Shown one piece after another: positions 51,397-61,986 of a stretch of DNA of 64,000 nt; positions within the stretch are counted from its first letter, which is position 1; every line of letters begins with the position of its first letter. This DNA is from Longimicrobiales bacterium (GTDB taxonomy: Bacteria; Gemmatimonadota; Gemmatimonadetes; Longimicrobiales; Gaopeijiaceae). The translations under genes were made by a program, and so were the position numbers. Location: positions 32,001-96,000 of the forward strand of contig CBDCNQ010000005.1 in the NCBI GenBank assembly GCA_965219445.1. The letters are read 5' to 3'. The notes below the pieces were generated by a model. It did no database searches. It had not been told where the DNA came from and worked only from the letters and a program-made list of their open reading frames with translations.

Positions 51397-52014
51397 TCAG
51401 CCCGGCATGCCCTGTTCGAGGATGGCCACGTCGCCGTCGAACATTTCTCTTACGCGCTCCGCGTTTTCGCGGGTCTCACGGCCGCCCCAATGCACCGGCA
51501 CGACGACCTGAGCCCGGCACGCGGTGGCGGCACGGACGGCATCCTCCGGCCCCATCGTGTAGTGACCCTCGCAAGGCAAGAAAGCCATATCACACCTTAT
51601 CTGGTTCATCGCCTCGAGGAAGTCCGTGTCGCCGGAGTGGTAGTACGTGATCCCGTCGAGCGTGAACACGTACCCCAACCATTCGTTCTCCGCAGGATGG
51701 AACTTCTTACCCTCGTTGTAGGCCGGTACGGCGAGGATTTCGATACCGTCGAGGTGGATCATGTCGCCCGGCCGCATCAGATGGTCGACATCTTCGAGCT
51801 GCTTCCTCATTGACGCCGGAGCCACCAGGGTGGTCTCTTGACCCCGCACCCTCGCGATGTCGTCTTCGGAAAAATTGTCGAAATGGGGATGCGTCAGAAG
51901 TATGTAATCCGCTGTGCTCTCCTCTGGTATTCCCCAGGGGTCGATATGGATCTCGACACCGCCTCGCTGGATCCGGACGGAGGACTGCCTGAACCAGGTG
52001 ACACCTTCGAGCAT
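51397..52014 (-). CDS. MBL-fold metallo-hydrolase
   Basis: THPHFDN, FHP, YHSGDT, PVHW. Confidence 0.85.
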   Translation of the reverse strand: MLEGVTWFRQSSVRIQRGGVEIHIDPWGIPEESTADYILLTHPHFDNFSEDDIARVRGQETTLVAPASMRKQLEDVDHLMRPGDMIHLDGIEILAVPAYNEGKKFHPAENEWLGYVFTLDGITYYHSGDTDFLEAMNQIRCDMAFLPCEGHYTMGPEDAVRAATACRAQVVVPVHWGGRETRENAERVREMFDGDVAILEQGMPG

Positions 52015-52181
52015 AGTCTCGTCTTCGAGCATAGTCTCGTCGGAGGAGGAAAACGTACGATCAGCGAGTTTTGGTCAACCTAAGCGCTGACGTTATGCCA
52101 AAAAAGGCCGACATTATGACAGGGGGATTGCAATTGATGGCAGGGGGACTGCAACTACGGCATATTCTAGGAGGACGAGTC

Positions 52182-52197
52182 TGGCAGGATTCATGCA
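52182..52197 (+). promoter_or_regulatory. candidate sigma-54 promoter of lon
   Basis: TGGCAGGATTCATGCA gives GG-N10-GC; upstream imperfect direct repeats at 52120-52160. Confidence 0.5.
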
Positions 52198-52326
52198 GTT
52201 AGCATCAATTCCCGAGCCGCCCTCGATGTCATCGCACCGATCGGGAACGGGTGCCAGGGGAGTGGGCTTTTTGATAGCAGTGATGTCTCGATTCTGAAAT
52301 CAAGGCCGAATCGATTGCGAGGACTC

Positions 52327-54999
52327 ATGGGTGAACGATACACACTTCCGGTTTTGCCACTGAGGGATACGGTGGTCTACCCCGGCGTGGCGGTGCCGAT
52401 CTCGGCCGGCCGGCCTGGTACGGTAGAGGCTGTGCAGGAGGCACTCGACGGAGACCGCCGGCTCTTTGCCGTGGCTCAGAAGGAGAACGTCGATGACCCC
52501 ACCCCCGATGTGCTCTACACGGTCGGGACGGTCGTACGGATCATCCAGACGCACAGGGTTCGGGGTGGCGTTCAGCTCCTGGTACAGGGCGAGGGACGGG
52601 CACAGGTCATCTCCTACGAGTCCGAGGGTGAGGGAATGCTGCGCGCGGTGCTCCTGGAGATGGAACGCCAGCCGACCGTCGATAAAGACGATCCCGCGTT
52701 TCAGGCACTCAATCATGAGTTGAGGGAGTGCGCGGCGGAGTTGGGCACCCGAAGGGGGGTTCCAGCCGAGGCTCTCAATCAGCTGATCCAGGGTGTGGAT
52801 GAGCCGGGAGCGTTCGCGGATCTCGTCTCGTTCTATTTGGAGCTCTCAACGGAGGACAAGCAGGGGCTCCTGGAGACGCTCGACGACGAGGAGCGCATGC
52901 GTGAGTCCTTGGTCGCAGTGGAACGTGAGTTGGCGCGGCTCGATGCCCAAGAGGAAATCCAAGCGAGGGTGCAGGAGGAACTCGGTGAGCGGCAGCGGGA
53001 GATGCTCCTTCGCGAACAGCTCAAGCAGATCCAACGTGAGTTGGGCGACGAAGACGAACGTGATGATGTCGAGGAGCTTCGGGAGCGGGTCGTAGCGCTG
53101 AAGCTTGACGAGGACCAGCGCTCGGAAGTCGAGCGGGAGCTCAAACGCCTGGAGCGTACGAGTCCTCAGTCGGCCGAATACCAGGTCATCCGCACGTTCC
53201 TCGAGTGGGTGACGGAGCTCCCATGGAGCGTCCGGTCGGAGGACAAAATCGACCTCGTTTTGTCGGCGGAGATCTTGGACGAGGATCACTACGGTCTCGA
53301 GGACGTGAAAGACCGTGTCTTGGAGTTTTTGGCGGTTCGGAAGCTCCAGCTGGACCGGTTGGAGGACTTGGGCGATGGGGCCGGCGAAGACCAGACCGGC
53401 GAGGCAACCGAGCCTGGTGAGGCAACCGAGCCCGGCGAGGCAACCGAGCCTGGTGAGGCAACCGAGCCCGGTGAGGCAACCGAGCCCGGTGAGGCAACCG
53501 AGCCCGGTGAGGCGAGCGCAGCGGAGGAGCCCGGTGAGGCGAGCGCAGCGGAGGAGCCCGGTGAAACCAACGGCGCGGCCGACATTACAGACGTGCCCGA
53601 CGAGGCGGAGGAGGCAGAGGAGGTAGGTGGCCGGGGTCCGATTCTCCTCTTCGTAGGTCCGCCGGGAGTCGGAAAGACGAGCATCGCACAGTCCATCGCC
53701 CGTTCATTGGGTAGAGAGTACGTAAGGATCTCGCTCGGCGGCGCTCGTGACGAGGCCGACATTCGTGGTCACCGCCGTACCTATGTGGGGGCCATGCCCG
53801 GCCGGATCATTCAAGGGATGCGGCAAGCCAAGTCAAAGAATCCGGTGTTCCTGCTGGACGAAGTGGACAAGCTGGGCGTGTCGTTCCAAGGAGATCCGAG
53901 TGCGGCGTTGCTCGAAGTGCTCGATCCGGCCCAAAATTCGACCTTCACGGATCACTACCTCGGTATGACGTTCGATCTCTCTGAGGTGCTCTTCATTGCG
54001 ACGGCGAACTATTCGGACCGGATTCCGCCCCCGTTGTATGATCGCATGGAGAAAGTCGATTTTTCGGGGTACACGGAGGCCGAAAAGCTCGAGATCGCGA
54101 AGCGTTATCTGCTTCCTCGTCAGCTAAGAGAGAGTGGCCTCCGGGAAGGTGAAATGTCGTTGGGTGACGAGGCCCTGCTCGCCCTGATCCAGGAATACAC
54201 GCGGGAGGCTGGAGTTCGTCAGATCGAACGTCAGTTGGGTAAGCTAGCCCGGAAAGTCGCGCGTAAGGTTGCCGCGGACGAAGTGGAGCGTCTCGAGGTC
54301 GATCGGGTCGTCATTCGGGAGTTGATTGGACGCCCGAGGGTACATCCCGAGCGGATGGCTGCTACCGACGTCGTGGGAGTAGCGACAGGGATGTTCTACA
54401 CGCCCATGGGTGGCGATATCATGTTCGTCGAGGCCAGCGTGATGACCGGGGAGGGCGCTCTGGTCCTCACCGGCCAGTTGGGTGACGTCATGAAGGAGTC
54501 GGGGCGGGCAGCACTGAGCTACGCCAAGAGCAACTATGCTCGCCTCGGTATCCCGGAAGATGCGCTCACGGGCCGAGAGGTGCACATCCATGTTCCGGCC
54601 GGGGCCGTTCCAAAGGACGGTCCCTCGGCTGGAATTACTATGGCCACGGCCTTGGTGTCGGCCCTCTCGGGACGGAAGATTCGTCGAGACGTCGCGATGA
54701 CCGGTGAGTTGACCCTGACCGGCCGCGTGCTTCCCATCGGCGGCATCAAAGAGAAGCTCTTGGGAGCCATCCGTGCCGGCATCGACGAGATCATCATCCC
54801 GTGTGACAACGAGGCCGATCTGGACGATCTCAGGGATGAGGTGAGAAACTCGCTGACCGTTCACCTGGTCGAGGACTTGGACCAAGTGATCAATATCGCT
54901 CTCAAGATCGACGAGGCGGCGAACGCGAAAAAGAAGAAGACCACGAAGAGCAAGCCCCGTGCGAAGACGAGTCCTTCGCAGAGCCCTGCGTCGGCCTAG
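52327..54999 (+). CDS. lon: ATP-dependent protease La
   Basis: LPLRD.VVYP, DHYGLEDVK, GPPGVGKT, LLDEVDK, PKDGPSAG, GGIKEK. Confidence 0.97.
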   Translation: MGERYTLPVLPLRDTVVYPGVAVPISAGRPGTVEAVQEALDGDRRLFAVAQKENVDDPTPDVLYTVGTVVRIIQTHRVRGGVQLLVQGEGRAQVISYESEGEGMLRAVLLEMERQPTVDKDDPAFQALNHELRECAAELGTRRGVPAEALNQLIQGVDEPGAFADLVSFYLELSTEDKQGLLETLDDEERMRESLVAVERELARLDAQEEIQARVQEELGERQREMLLREQLKQIQRELGDEDERDDVEELRERVVALKLDEDQRSEVERELKRLERTSPQSAEYQVIRTFLEWVTELPWSVRSEDKIDLVLSAEILDEDHYGLEDVKDRVLEFLAVRKLQLDRLEDLGDGAGEDQTGEATEPGEATEPGEATEPGEATEPGEATEPGEATEPGEASAAEEPGEASAAEEPGETNGAADITDVPDEAEEAEEVGGRGPILLFVGPPGVGKTSIAQSIARSLGREYVRISLGGARDEADIRGHRRTYVGAMPGRIIQGMRQAKSKNPVFLLDEVDKLGVSFQGDPSAALLEVLDPAQNSTFTDHYLGMTFDLSEVLFIATANYSDRIPPPLYDRMEKVDFSGYTEAEKLEIAKRYLLPRQLRESGLREGEMSLGDEALLALIQEYTREAGVRQIERQLGKLARKVARKVAADEVERLEVDRVVIRELIGRPRVHPERMAATDVVGVATGMFYTPMGGDIMFVEASVMTGEGALVLTGQLGDVMKESGRAALSYAKSNYARLGIPEDALTGREVHIHVPAGAVPKDGPSAGITMATALVSALSGRKIRRDVAMTGELTLTGRVLPIGGIKEKLLGAIRAGIDEIIIPCDNEADLDDLRDEVRNSLTVHLVEDLDQVINIALKIDEAANAKKKKTTKSKPRAKTSPSQSPASA
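53398..53559 (+). repeat. coding VNTR in lon: 6 x 18 bp (GEATEP) plus 2 x 27 bp (GEASAAEEP)
   Basis: Tandem GGYGAGGCAACCGAGCCY units, in frame. Confidence 0.95.
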
Positions 55000-55020
55000 G
55001 GGGCGGCTCTCCAGAGGCCT

Positions 55021-56079
55021 TTAAACAACCTTGATCGCTCCCGGTGCTCCATCGGTGACGCGTCCGATGATCGCCGCCACGGCAGTGGTGACCTCGAGGA
55101 GTTCCATGAGCTCCTCGGCGCGTTCCTCCGGGACGGACATAAGCAGACCTCCCGAGGTCTGCGCGTCCGCCAGGATCAAGCGAGTGCTCTCGCCCTGATC
55201 TCCGAATTCGACGCGATCCTTCAGATCTTCGAGGTTTCGCCGAGTTCCGCCGGGGATATGGCCAGCAGTGACCAGCTCCGACACCTCGGGCAAAACGGGG
55301 ACGTCGTCGGCCACGATCTCGGCGGCCACGCCGGACTGAAATAACAAGTTGCTGAGATGACCCAGGAGCCCGTACCCGGTCACATCCGTAGCGGCTCGCA
55401 CCCCGACGCTTTTCATGGCCCCTGCCGCCTCACGATTGAGGGCCGTCATGCTCTTCACCGCAGCCTCGGTAGCCGTGTCGGAGGCCGCCTCGGCCTTGAT
55501 CGCAGTGGCTACCACTCCGGTGCCGAGGGCCTTGGTGAGAACCAGCAAATCGCCTGCCTCGGCCGAGGTGTTGGTCACGAGATTCTCGATGTCCACGTCA
55601 CCGACCGCGACCAGCCCGTACTTCGGTTCGGGGTCGTCCACCGAGTGGCCTCCCATGATGGGGACACCGGCTTCGCGGGCGACGTCGGATCCTCCACGAA
55701 TGATCTCCTCGACCAGCCCACGGTCCAGAAGAGCTCTGGGAAACGCCAATAGGTTGAGGACGAAGAGCGGTTCGGCCCCCATCGCGTAGATGTCCGAGAG
55801 AGCGTTGGCGGCCGCGATCCGTCCGAAGTCGTACGGGTTATCGACCAGCGGTGTGAAGAAATCGAGCGTCACCACCAGCGCGCGTCCGCCCCCGAGCGCA
55901 TACACGGCGGCGTCGTCGCTCGTGGAGGCGTCCACCAGCACTTGCTCACTCTCTATGGGAACCAGATGACGCAGGACCTGCGCAAGCTCGGAGATGCCGA
56001 GTTTACACGCTCACCCAGCCCCGTGGGAGAGCTGGGTCAGGCGGATCCTGGGCTTCTGATCTCTGGGCTCTTGTGACAT
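55021..56079 (-). CDS. selD: selenide, water dikinase (selenocysteine-containing)
   Basis: RLTQLSHGAG-[TGA 56011-56013]-ACKL in frame with DDAAVY, DFFTP, ANALSDIYAMG, TDVTGYGLLGH, DAQTSGGLL. Confidence 0.95.
55967..55986 (-). promoter_or_regulatory. candidate bacterial SECIS hairpin
   Basis: GCGCAG-GUC-CUGCGU stem-loop ~27 nt 3' of the UGA. Confidence 0.55.
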
Positions 56080-56184
56080 TTGACTCTGTAGGCTCAATCA
56101 GCCCTCGCGGGACGCCAGGCTTTACAGCCCGGTTGGGCTAATCTAGACATGGGCGCCAGGGGGGGGAACACAGTAAGTTCGGGT

Positions 56185-57042
56185 ATGGAAGTTCCTATGA
56201 GTTCGACGCGCGCGCGTCTGGGTGAGGCGTTAAGAAGGTCCGACCGCGAGTTCGAGCTCGGGCGGGCGGCCCTCTTCATCGCTCAGGAGGAATATCCGCA
56301 GCTTCCCGTGGAGCGGTACATGTTGCGATTGGACTCCTTGGCCGAAGCGGTGAAGGACCGGCTGGACGACGAGATGGCCCCCCCAGTCGTCCTTGGGGAG
56401 GTGATCCATACGTTGTTCGAGCGGGAGGGGCTGCGCGGAAACAAGGAGTCCTACCACGATCCTCGGAATTCCTTCATCAATGATGTCTTGGATCGGCGTC
56501 TCGGAATCCCACTCACTCTCGGCATCATTCTGCTGGAGGTCGGTTGGCGGCTCGATCTCCCTCTCGAAGGCGTGAACTTCCCCGGTCACTTTCTGGTCCG
56601 GTACCGCGGCTCGGCCGAACACCTTCTGATCGACCCGTTCGATCAGGGACGAATCCGCTTCGAGAGTCAAGCGCAGGAAGTGTTGGATCAGCAGTACGGC
56701 GGCATGGTTCGGATGCAGCCGGCTTTCCTCCGAGCGGCAAGCAAACTCGACATGATCCGTCGCTTGCTAGTGAACCTCAAGGGCCTATACGTCAACGTAA
56801 AGGATGATGAACGGGCGTTGTCCGTGGTCGAGCGCTTGCTCTTGGTCCAGCCAGCGTCCCCCGGGGAGGGTCGCGACCGCGGCATGTTGCTGCTGAGGCT
56901 CGGTCGGGAAGAAGAAGCGAAGGAACAACTCCGGCAGTATCTCGACCGCTATCCTCGTGCCGCTGATGCCAAGCGGATCCGGTCGCTGGTGGACCGCCTC
57001 GAGGCGGGGTTAGCGGCCCCGGAGGAGGATTTGGATGTATGA
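56185..57042 (+). CDS. SirB1-like (transglutaminase-like + TPR) protein
   Basis: GN..SYHDPRNSF...VLDRR.GIPLTL, GVNFPGHFLV, IDPF, RDRG. Confidence 0.88.
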   Translation: MEVPMSSTRARLGEALRRSDREFELGRAALFIAQEEYPQLPVERYMLRLDSLAEAVKDRLDDEMAPPVVLGEVIHTLFEREGLRGNKESYHDPRNSFINDVLDRRLGIPLTLGIILLEVGWRLDLPLEGVNFPGHFLVRYRGSAEHLLIDPFDQGRIRFESQAQEVLDQQYGGMVRMQPAFLRAASKLDMIRRLLVNLKGLYVNVKDDERALSVVERLLLVQPASPGEGRDRGMLLLRLGREEEAKEQLRQYLDRYPRAADAKRIRSLVDRLEAGLAAPEEDLDV

Positions 57043-58156
57043 GGGAGCTGTCTTTGGCCACGTGCGCGGGGCCGAAGTGGCGAGGCACTACGGGGATCCT
57101 GAGGCAGAATACCGGGCGGCCCGGGAGGGACTGGCCGTTCGCGATCGCAGCCACCGGGCCCGGCTGCTTGTTCGGGGACCCGCCCCGATCGCTGCCTTCC
57201 AGGGCATACTCACGGGACGCATGCCATCGTCCCCTGGCATGCCTCGAAAGGGGTTGGTGAGGGCCCGGGCCGAGTACTCCGCGGTCCTCACTCCCAAGGG
57301 TCGGATGATTGCGGATCTGCGAGCGATGTGGGGTCCGGATCCGGACGAGGAGGGCCTGCTTCTGGATGTACCGGCGGCGGCGCTCGAGCCACTGCTGGCG
57401 CACATGAGGCGTTCTGTGCCGCCCCGTTTGGCCAACATCGAGGACGTCACGGCCCACTCCGGACTCATGACGGTTCTCGGTCCGGAGGCGGCGGACCCGA
57501 TAGCGGAGATCGTCTTGGGTTCGGCTTCTCACGCCACCGAAGTCGAGGGTTTGACCGAGGGGGACTTCCTAGAGGTTCGAGACCACGAATACAGGGACGA
57601 GGGGATCGGTAACGGGGGTGTGCGGGTGGTGAAGACGTGTGAGGTGGATGTGCCTGCCTGGGACATTTTCGTCTCCGCCGGCAGCTTCGGGGAGGTCTGG
57701 GGCGGCTTCATCAAGGCCGGGGCGGCCCCGATCGGCGCGGGTGTCTGGGACACGCTCCGGGTGGAGGCGGGCCGGCCGGCATACGGCGGAGACATGGATG
57801 ATTCGACGATTCTCTCGGAGACTGGACTCGTGGATCGTTCGGTGGACCATACGAAAGGGTGCTATACCGGCCAGGAGGTCATCGTTCGTATCCGTGACCG
57901 GGGGCACGTGAACCGATCACTGCGAGGACTGCTGCTGGCGGAGGGCCCGGCACCGAAGCTCGGGGCCGAGTTGTTCCGGGGGGATCGGGTCGTGGGTGAA
58001 ATCACTAGCGCCGTGGAGTCCCCCAGCCGGGCTGGCCCGATCGGACTCGGCTACGCGCGCCGAGAAATCCTGCACGGCGAACAGGTGACCGTGGGTTCGC
58101 CCGAGGGGCCGTCCGCTACAGTCCGTGAGTTGGGTCCTGGTTGGACATCCATGTAG
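57035..58156 (+). CDS. YgfZ/GcvT-like folate-binding protein
   Basis: LTPKGRM, LRVEAG, KGCYTGQE. Confidence 0.88.
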   Translation: MYEGAVFGHVRGAEVARHYGDPEAEYRAAREGLAVRDRSHRARLLVRGPAPIAAFQGILTGRMPSSPGMPRKGLVRARAEYSAVLTPKGRMIADLRAMWGPDPDEEGLLLDVPAAALEPLLAHMRRSVPPRLANIEDVTAHSGLMTVLGPEAADPIAEIVLGSASHATEVEGLTEGDFLEVRDHEYRDEGIGNGGVRVVKTCEVDVPAWDIFVSAGSFGEVWGGFIKAGAAPIGAGVWDTLRVEAGRPAYGGDMDDSTILSETGLVDRSVDHTKGCYTGQEVIVRIRDRGHVNRSLRGLLLAEGPAPKLGAELFRGDRVVGEITSAVESPSRAGPIGLGYARREILHGEQVTVGSPEGPSATVRELGPGWTSM

Positions 58157-58271
58157 ATAGAGGTGCCGGGCAACCACACATGTACATGGAGATGCTGGGC
58201 AACCACACCGTCTATCCGGTGTAGCAAATTCGCTGGTTTCCCCAGGTGATTTGGTAGCGAAGGAGTTGTCG

Positions 58272-58829
58272 ATGCTGAGGCGTGTGGCTTTAGGAAGAGG
58301 TTCGTTCGCGGTTTTGATGGCCGCGCTGCCTTCGATATTCGCGGGGACCCCGCTGGTAGCACAGGATGTGGCCGCGGTGAAGATCGGCATCTTCAACGCC
58401 GACCGGGTCTTGTCCGAATCTCAGGCTGGTCAGCAGGCCCTCGCCCTTTTCAACCAACTTCGCGATCAGCGAGTTGGAGAGTTGCAGGTCCAGCAGAATG
58501 AGATCAACACCCTTCAGCAGGAGGCGATGACAGCGGCTCTTGGCGGCCCGGAGGCAGCACGTCTCCAACGACAGTTGGAGGATCTGATGCTCCGGCTGGA
58601 GCGCCTGCAGCAGGACGTTCAGCAGGAACTAGGGACGCGGCAGACCGAGCTGACGGAGGGAATCACGGCGATGGTCGCTGAAACCATCGATGCGATGGGA
58701 CGGGAGGAGGGCTACACTCTCATCTTCAATGCCGTCCAAAGCGGCTTGGTCTACGTAGATCCGACGTTGGACGTCACGGATGAAATCATCCGAAGGATCA
58801 ACGCGATGAGTGCCCCAGACCCTCTGTAG
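58272..58829 (+). CDS. skp: OmpH/Skp periplasmic chaperone
   Basis: Signal peptide, KIGIFN...VL, coiled coil, GYTLIF...DVTDEII. Confidence 0.85.
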   Translation: MLRRVALGRGSFAVLMAALPSIFAGTPLVAQDVAAVKIGIFNADRVLSESQAGQQALALFNQLRDQRVGELQVQQNEINTLQQEAMTAALGGPEAARLQRQLEDLMLRLERLQQDVQQELGTRQTELTEGITAMVAETIDAMGREEGYTLIFNAVQSGLVYVDPTLDVTDEIIRRINAMSAPDPL

Positions 58830-58927
58830 CTCAGCGACGCATTCGTGGCCCGAAGCCTCCGCGCCGCCCGAAGGCCCGCGCACCCCTGGGAGGGCCCGAT
58901 TTTTCTCGGTGGGGGACTGTGCGACAG

Positions 58928-60692
58928 TCAGGAGGCGCCGATGGGGAGCTTGATGGATCCGGGCTTAATGAGGTTGATCGGTCCAGGCTCACCGAACAGA
59001 TAACCCTGGACAATGTGAATCCCAATCTGCTCCACGACTGCGAGCTCCTCCTCCGTCTCGATTCCTTCGGCCACGATTCCTTGGGGGGCGTATTGCCTCA
59101 GCCCCTGCACAACGTGGTTCAGGAATTTCCGAAACTCCTCTCAGGCCACGGCCTGTAGGATGGTGAGCCGGTCCAGCTTGATGTACTCCGGTTCCAAGTC
59201 GGCTAGGAACGGAAGGGAGATGAAACCCACACCGAAGTCATCAAATGCGAATCTATATCCGTCTGCTCTCCATTCCTGGGTCACGGCGAGATGGTGCTCT
59301 ATATCGATCAGGGCCTCCTTCTCCGAAATCTCCAGGATGACGTCGACATCTGAGGGCTTCTCTCGGTGCCCGATGGACTCCAAGAGCTTGAAGTCCACGT
59401 TTATGAACACGCGATCCAGCCCGTGGATTTCGGCTGCCTCGATCTGCTTTCGGAAGCAGATTTCCTTCAGGTCGGCGAGTTTGCCGATCGAGTGATACTT
59501 CATGAAGAGTTCCTGGATACACATCTCATCGTGTGAAGACCGGCTCAGGGCCTCATGTCCGATCACCCGCGCCGACACGGTGTCCACGATCGGCTGAAAG
59601 ACAACATCGACCACGGCATCGTCCAACTCGTATTCCTCTTCCCCGATATGGATCTTGTCGCCCCTCTTCTTCGCGATGTACAGGGCTCGGTCCGCGAGGC
59701 GGATGAGATGGTTGGAGTCTTCCCCATGTTCGGGGAACGAGGCGACGCCGATGCTCAAATCGAGTGGAAACCGCTTCTCTCTTCCCAGGGCCACAATCTG
59801 CTTCCGGATCCGCTCTCCCGCGTCCATGATGCCCTGTCGATCGGCGACGAGGAGAATTACGACGAACTCGTCTCCTCCCCATCGGAAGACGAAGTCAATC
59901 TCCCGGGTCGCGTCCTGTATGGCCTCACCGGCAGCCTTGAGGATCTCGTCGCCGAATTGGTGGCTGCGCGTATCGTTGACCTTCTTGAAATTGTCCAAAT
60001 CGCAAAGGAGGAGTGCGAAGCGATGCTCTTGGGCGAGCCGCTCTGGAGATTTCCTCCTCGATGCGTTTGTTGAAATATCTTCGGTTGTACAGGTTGGTGA
60101 GGGGATCCCGTACCGAGAGGTCCCTCAGGGCCTGCTCGGCGACCTTGCGTTCGGTGATGTCCCGGAAGATTCCCACCCCGCCCACTTGATCTCCCGCTTC
60201 GTTTCTGAGCGGTGAGAAGTGGGTCTCGAAGAATACAGGCCTGTCTCCGTCTTCCAGCGAATAACTGCTCTCTTTGGCAATCGTGGTGTCTTCGGTCAGG
60301 GCTTCCCGCAGTGCGTCGTGGTCCCCCGTTTCCTCCAGTCGAGGAAAGACGTCTAACAGTTGGCGATCGACTGCATCTTTCGTAGCAACCCCGGTTATCA
60401 ACTCCATTCCGGGGTTCCAAACAGTGATGTTGAACGCCACGTCACAGGAGAAGATGCTGTCGATGCTACTCGTGATGACTCGCTCGAACGCCGCGCGCAT
60501 GTCCGAATTCGCCTCAAGTAACTCCTTCGACATCAGTTCCAGGGAGCTCTCCATGATGGCTCGGTCGTCGTCGAACTGCTCATACGCGTCACTGACGAGA
60601 CCGAGCAGCACCCGCTCTTCGTCAGGCAGCGCTTGGGGGTCCTCGAGGGAACGGCGAAGCTGACGGACGAGAAGCCGGTGTAGGTTCTCCAC
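58928..60692 (-). pseudogene. PAS-GGDEF-EAL signalling protein with a frameshift (~60032) and an in-frame TGA (59141-59143)
   Basis: DPLTNLYNRR, RWGGDEF, HEALSR, DDFG.G, IKLD, AEGIET...QGYLF. Confidence 0.88.
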
Positions 60693-60695
60693 TCG

Positions 60696-61841
60696 CTAGC
60701 TCTCCGACAGCGTTGTGATCGTCATCGTTTGGTTGTGAAGCTGACAAGGGGCTCCCTGGACGAACGGCGAGATTTCGCCGTAGGAGTAGAAGCCGATGAG
60801 TGGAGTGGAATCCCCCAGCACGTCGCGGACCCCTTCTACCTCTTCCTCAATGCGCTGATTGAGAACCAGCTTGCGTCCAACGCAACTGATCAGGATCGCC
60901 AACTCGGATGGCTGCTCGCCCATCGCAGCTCGGCTGAGGGTTGCCGCACCCATCGATCCATCCACCAGCCGATCGAAGTTGGCCTTCATGAGGCGAGCGT
61001 AAGCGCCTTCAGGGACGTTCCCGGCGAAGGTCAGGCTGCTCTCCTGCTCGTCGATCGAGATAATGGTCCGTACGACGCCGGTCTCGCCCTCTTTGGTCCG
61101 GAGGGACAGCGGAAAGAGCAATCCGGTCGCCGGAAGCCCATCCGCGTGCTCGCCGAGATATTCTTTGTAAAGATCCAAGGCCGACCTACCGTCCAATTCG
61201 TAAAGCACATTCGCGGTGGAACGCGTGATTCTCCGCTCTGGACCAAAGGGATCCCATCCGCCGAGTGATCCGAACCCCACCTTGAGGTGTTCTCCGTAAA
61301 ACCCGACCGCGCCGACGGTGCCCGACTCAGGTGACCCGTCCGAAACGACGAGTGTTTCCCGGAAACGCTCTCCGTCCCCCGATAGGCCGCCCGTGACGGT
61401 GACGTCCGTGGGCAGGGCGCTCTCGAGTCCATCCACCAGCCTGGTTCCGTTTACCCGCAGACCATCCGACAGAACGAGTAGATGTCGTAAACCCTCCTGG
61501 GGTAGGGACCGAGCCAGCTCCACGCCTACCTGAAAGCTGCCTCCCTGCCCGTTGACCGACACGGACGCGCACTGGATTTCGGAGGACCCGAACTCTATGG
61601 CGGTCGAGACCGCACTGTCATCGAGGACCTGGGTTCCGAGAATCTCGCCGGCAGTCGAGCAGCCGAACACGTGTGCCTCGGGGTGGCTTGCTTTCATCTC
61701 GTCCAGCGCAGGCGTCGCCTTCAGAGCAGAAGCGGAACCGAACACGAGAACGAGTTGCGCACTTATCCCGGAGTCGCCCTCGGGGGACTCCGCCCAGCCC
61801 GTGGTCCGAGTCCAGATACGTTGCTCGATCTTCATACCCAT
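60696..61841 (-). CDS. FIST signal-transduction protein
   Basis: GCSTAGEI, SDGL..NG, GGLSGD, ISCVGR, GFYSYGEI, HNQTMT. Confidence 0.92.
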   Translation of the reverse strand: MGMKIEQRIWTRTTGWAESPEGDSGISAQLVLVFGSASALKATPALDEMKASHPEAHVFGCSTAGEILGTQVLDDSAVSTAIEFGSSEIQCASVSVNGQGGSFQVGVELARSLPQEGLRHLLVLSDGLRVNGTRLVDGLESALPTDVTVTGGLSGDGERFRETLVVSDGSPESGTVGAVGFYGEHLKVGFGSLGGWDPFGPERRITRSTANVLYELDGRSALDLYKEYLGEHADGLPATGLLFPLSLRTKEGETGVVRTIISIDEQESSLTFAGNVPEGAYARLMKANFDRLVDGSMGAATLSRAAMGEQPSELAILISCVGRKLVLNQRIEEEVEGVRDVLGDSTPLIGFYSYGEISPFVQGAPCQLHNQTMTITTLSES

Positions 61842-61986
61842 ACCTCAAGCTTCTGGCGGGATCTCAATCAGACCGATCCTGGAGATCTCGGGTCTGGGGG
61901 TCCATCGGAACCGGCCCTCGCAGCGAACGAATTCCATCCATTCTTCAAAGGTGGATACGCCGCTTCGGAGAATGCAAGAACGATTC

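Noticed and set aside
53398..53559. Tandem repeats as a CRISPR array
   Set aside because: No spacers; the 18- and 27-bp units are in-frame coding repeats inside lon, and no cas genes are present.
59141..59143. In-frame TGA in the EAL domain as selenocysteine
   Set aside because: Not a Cys/redox position, no convincing SECIS, and the same gene also has a frameshift.
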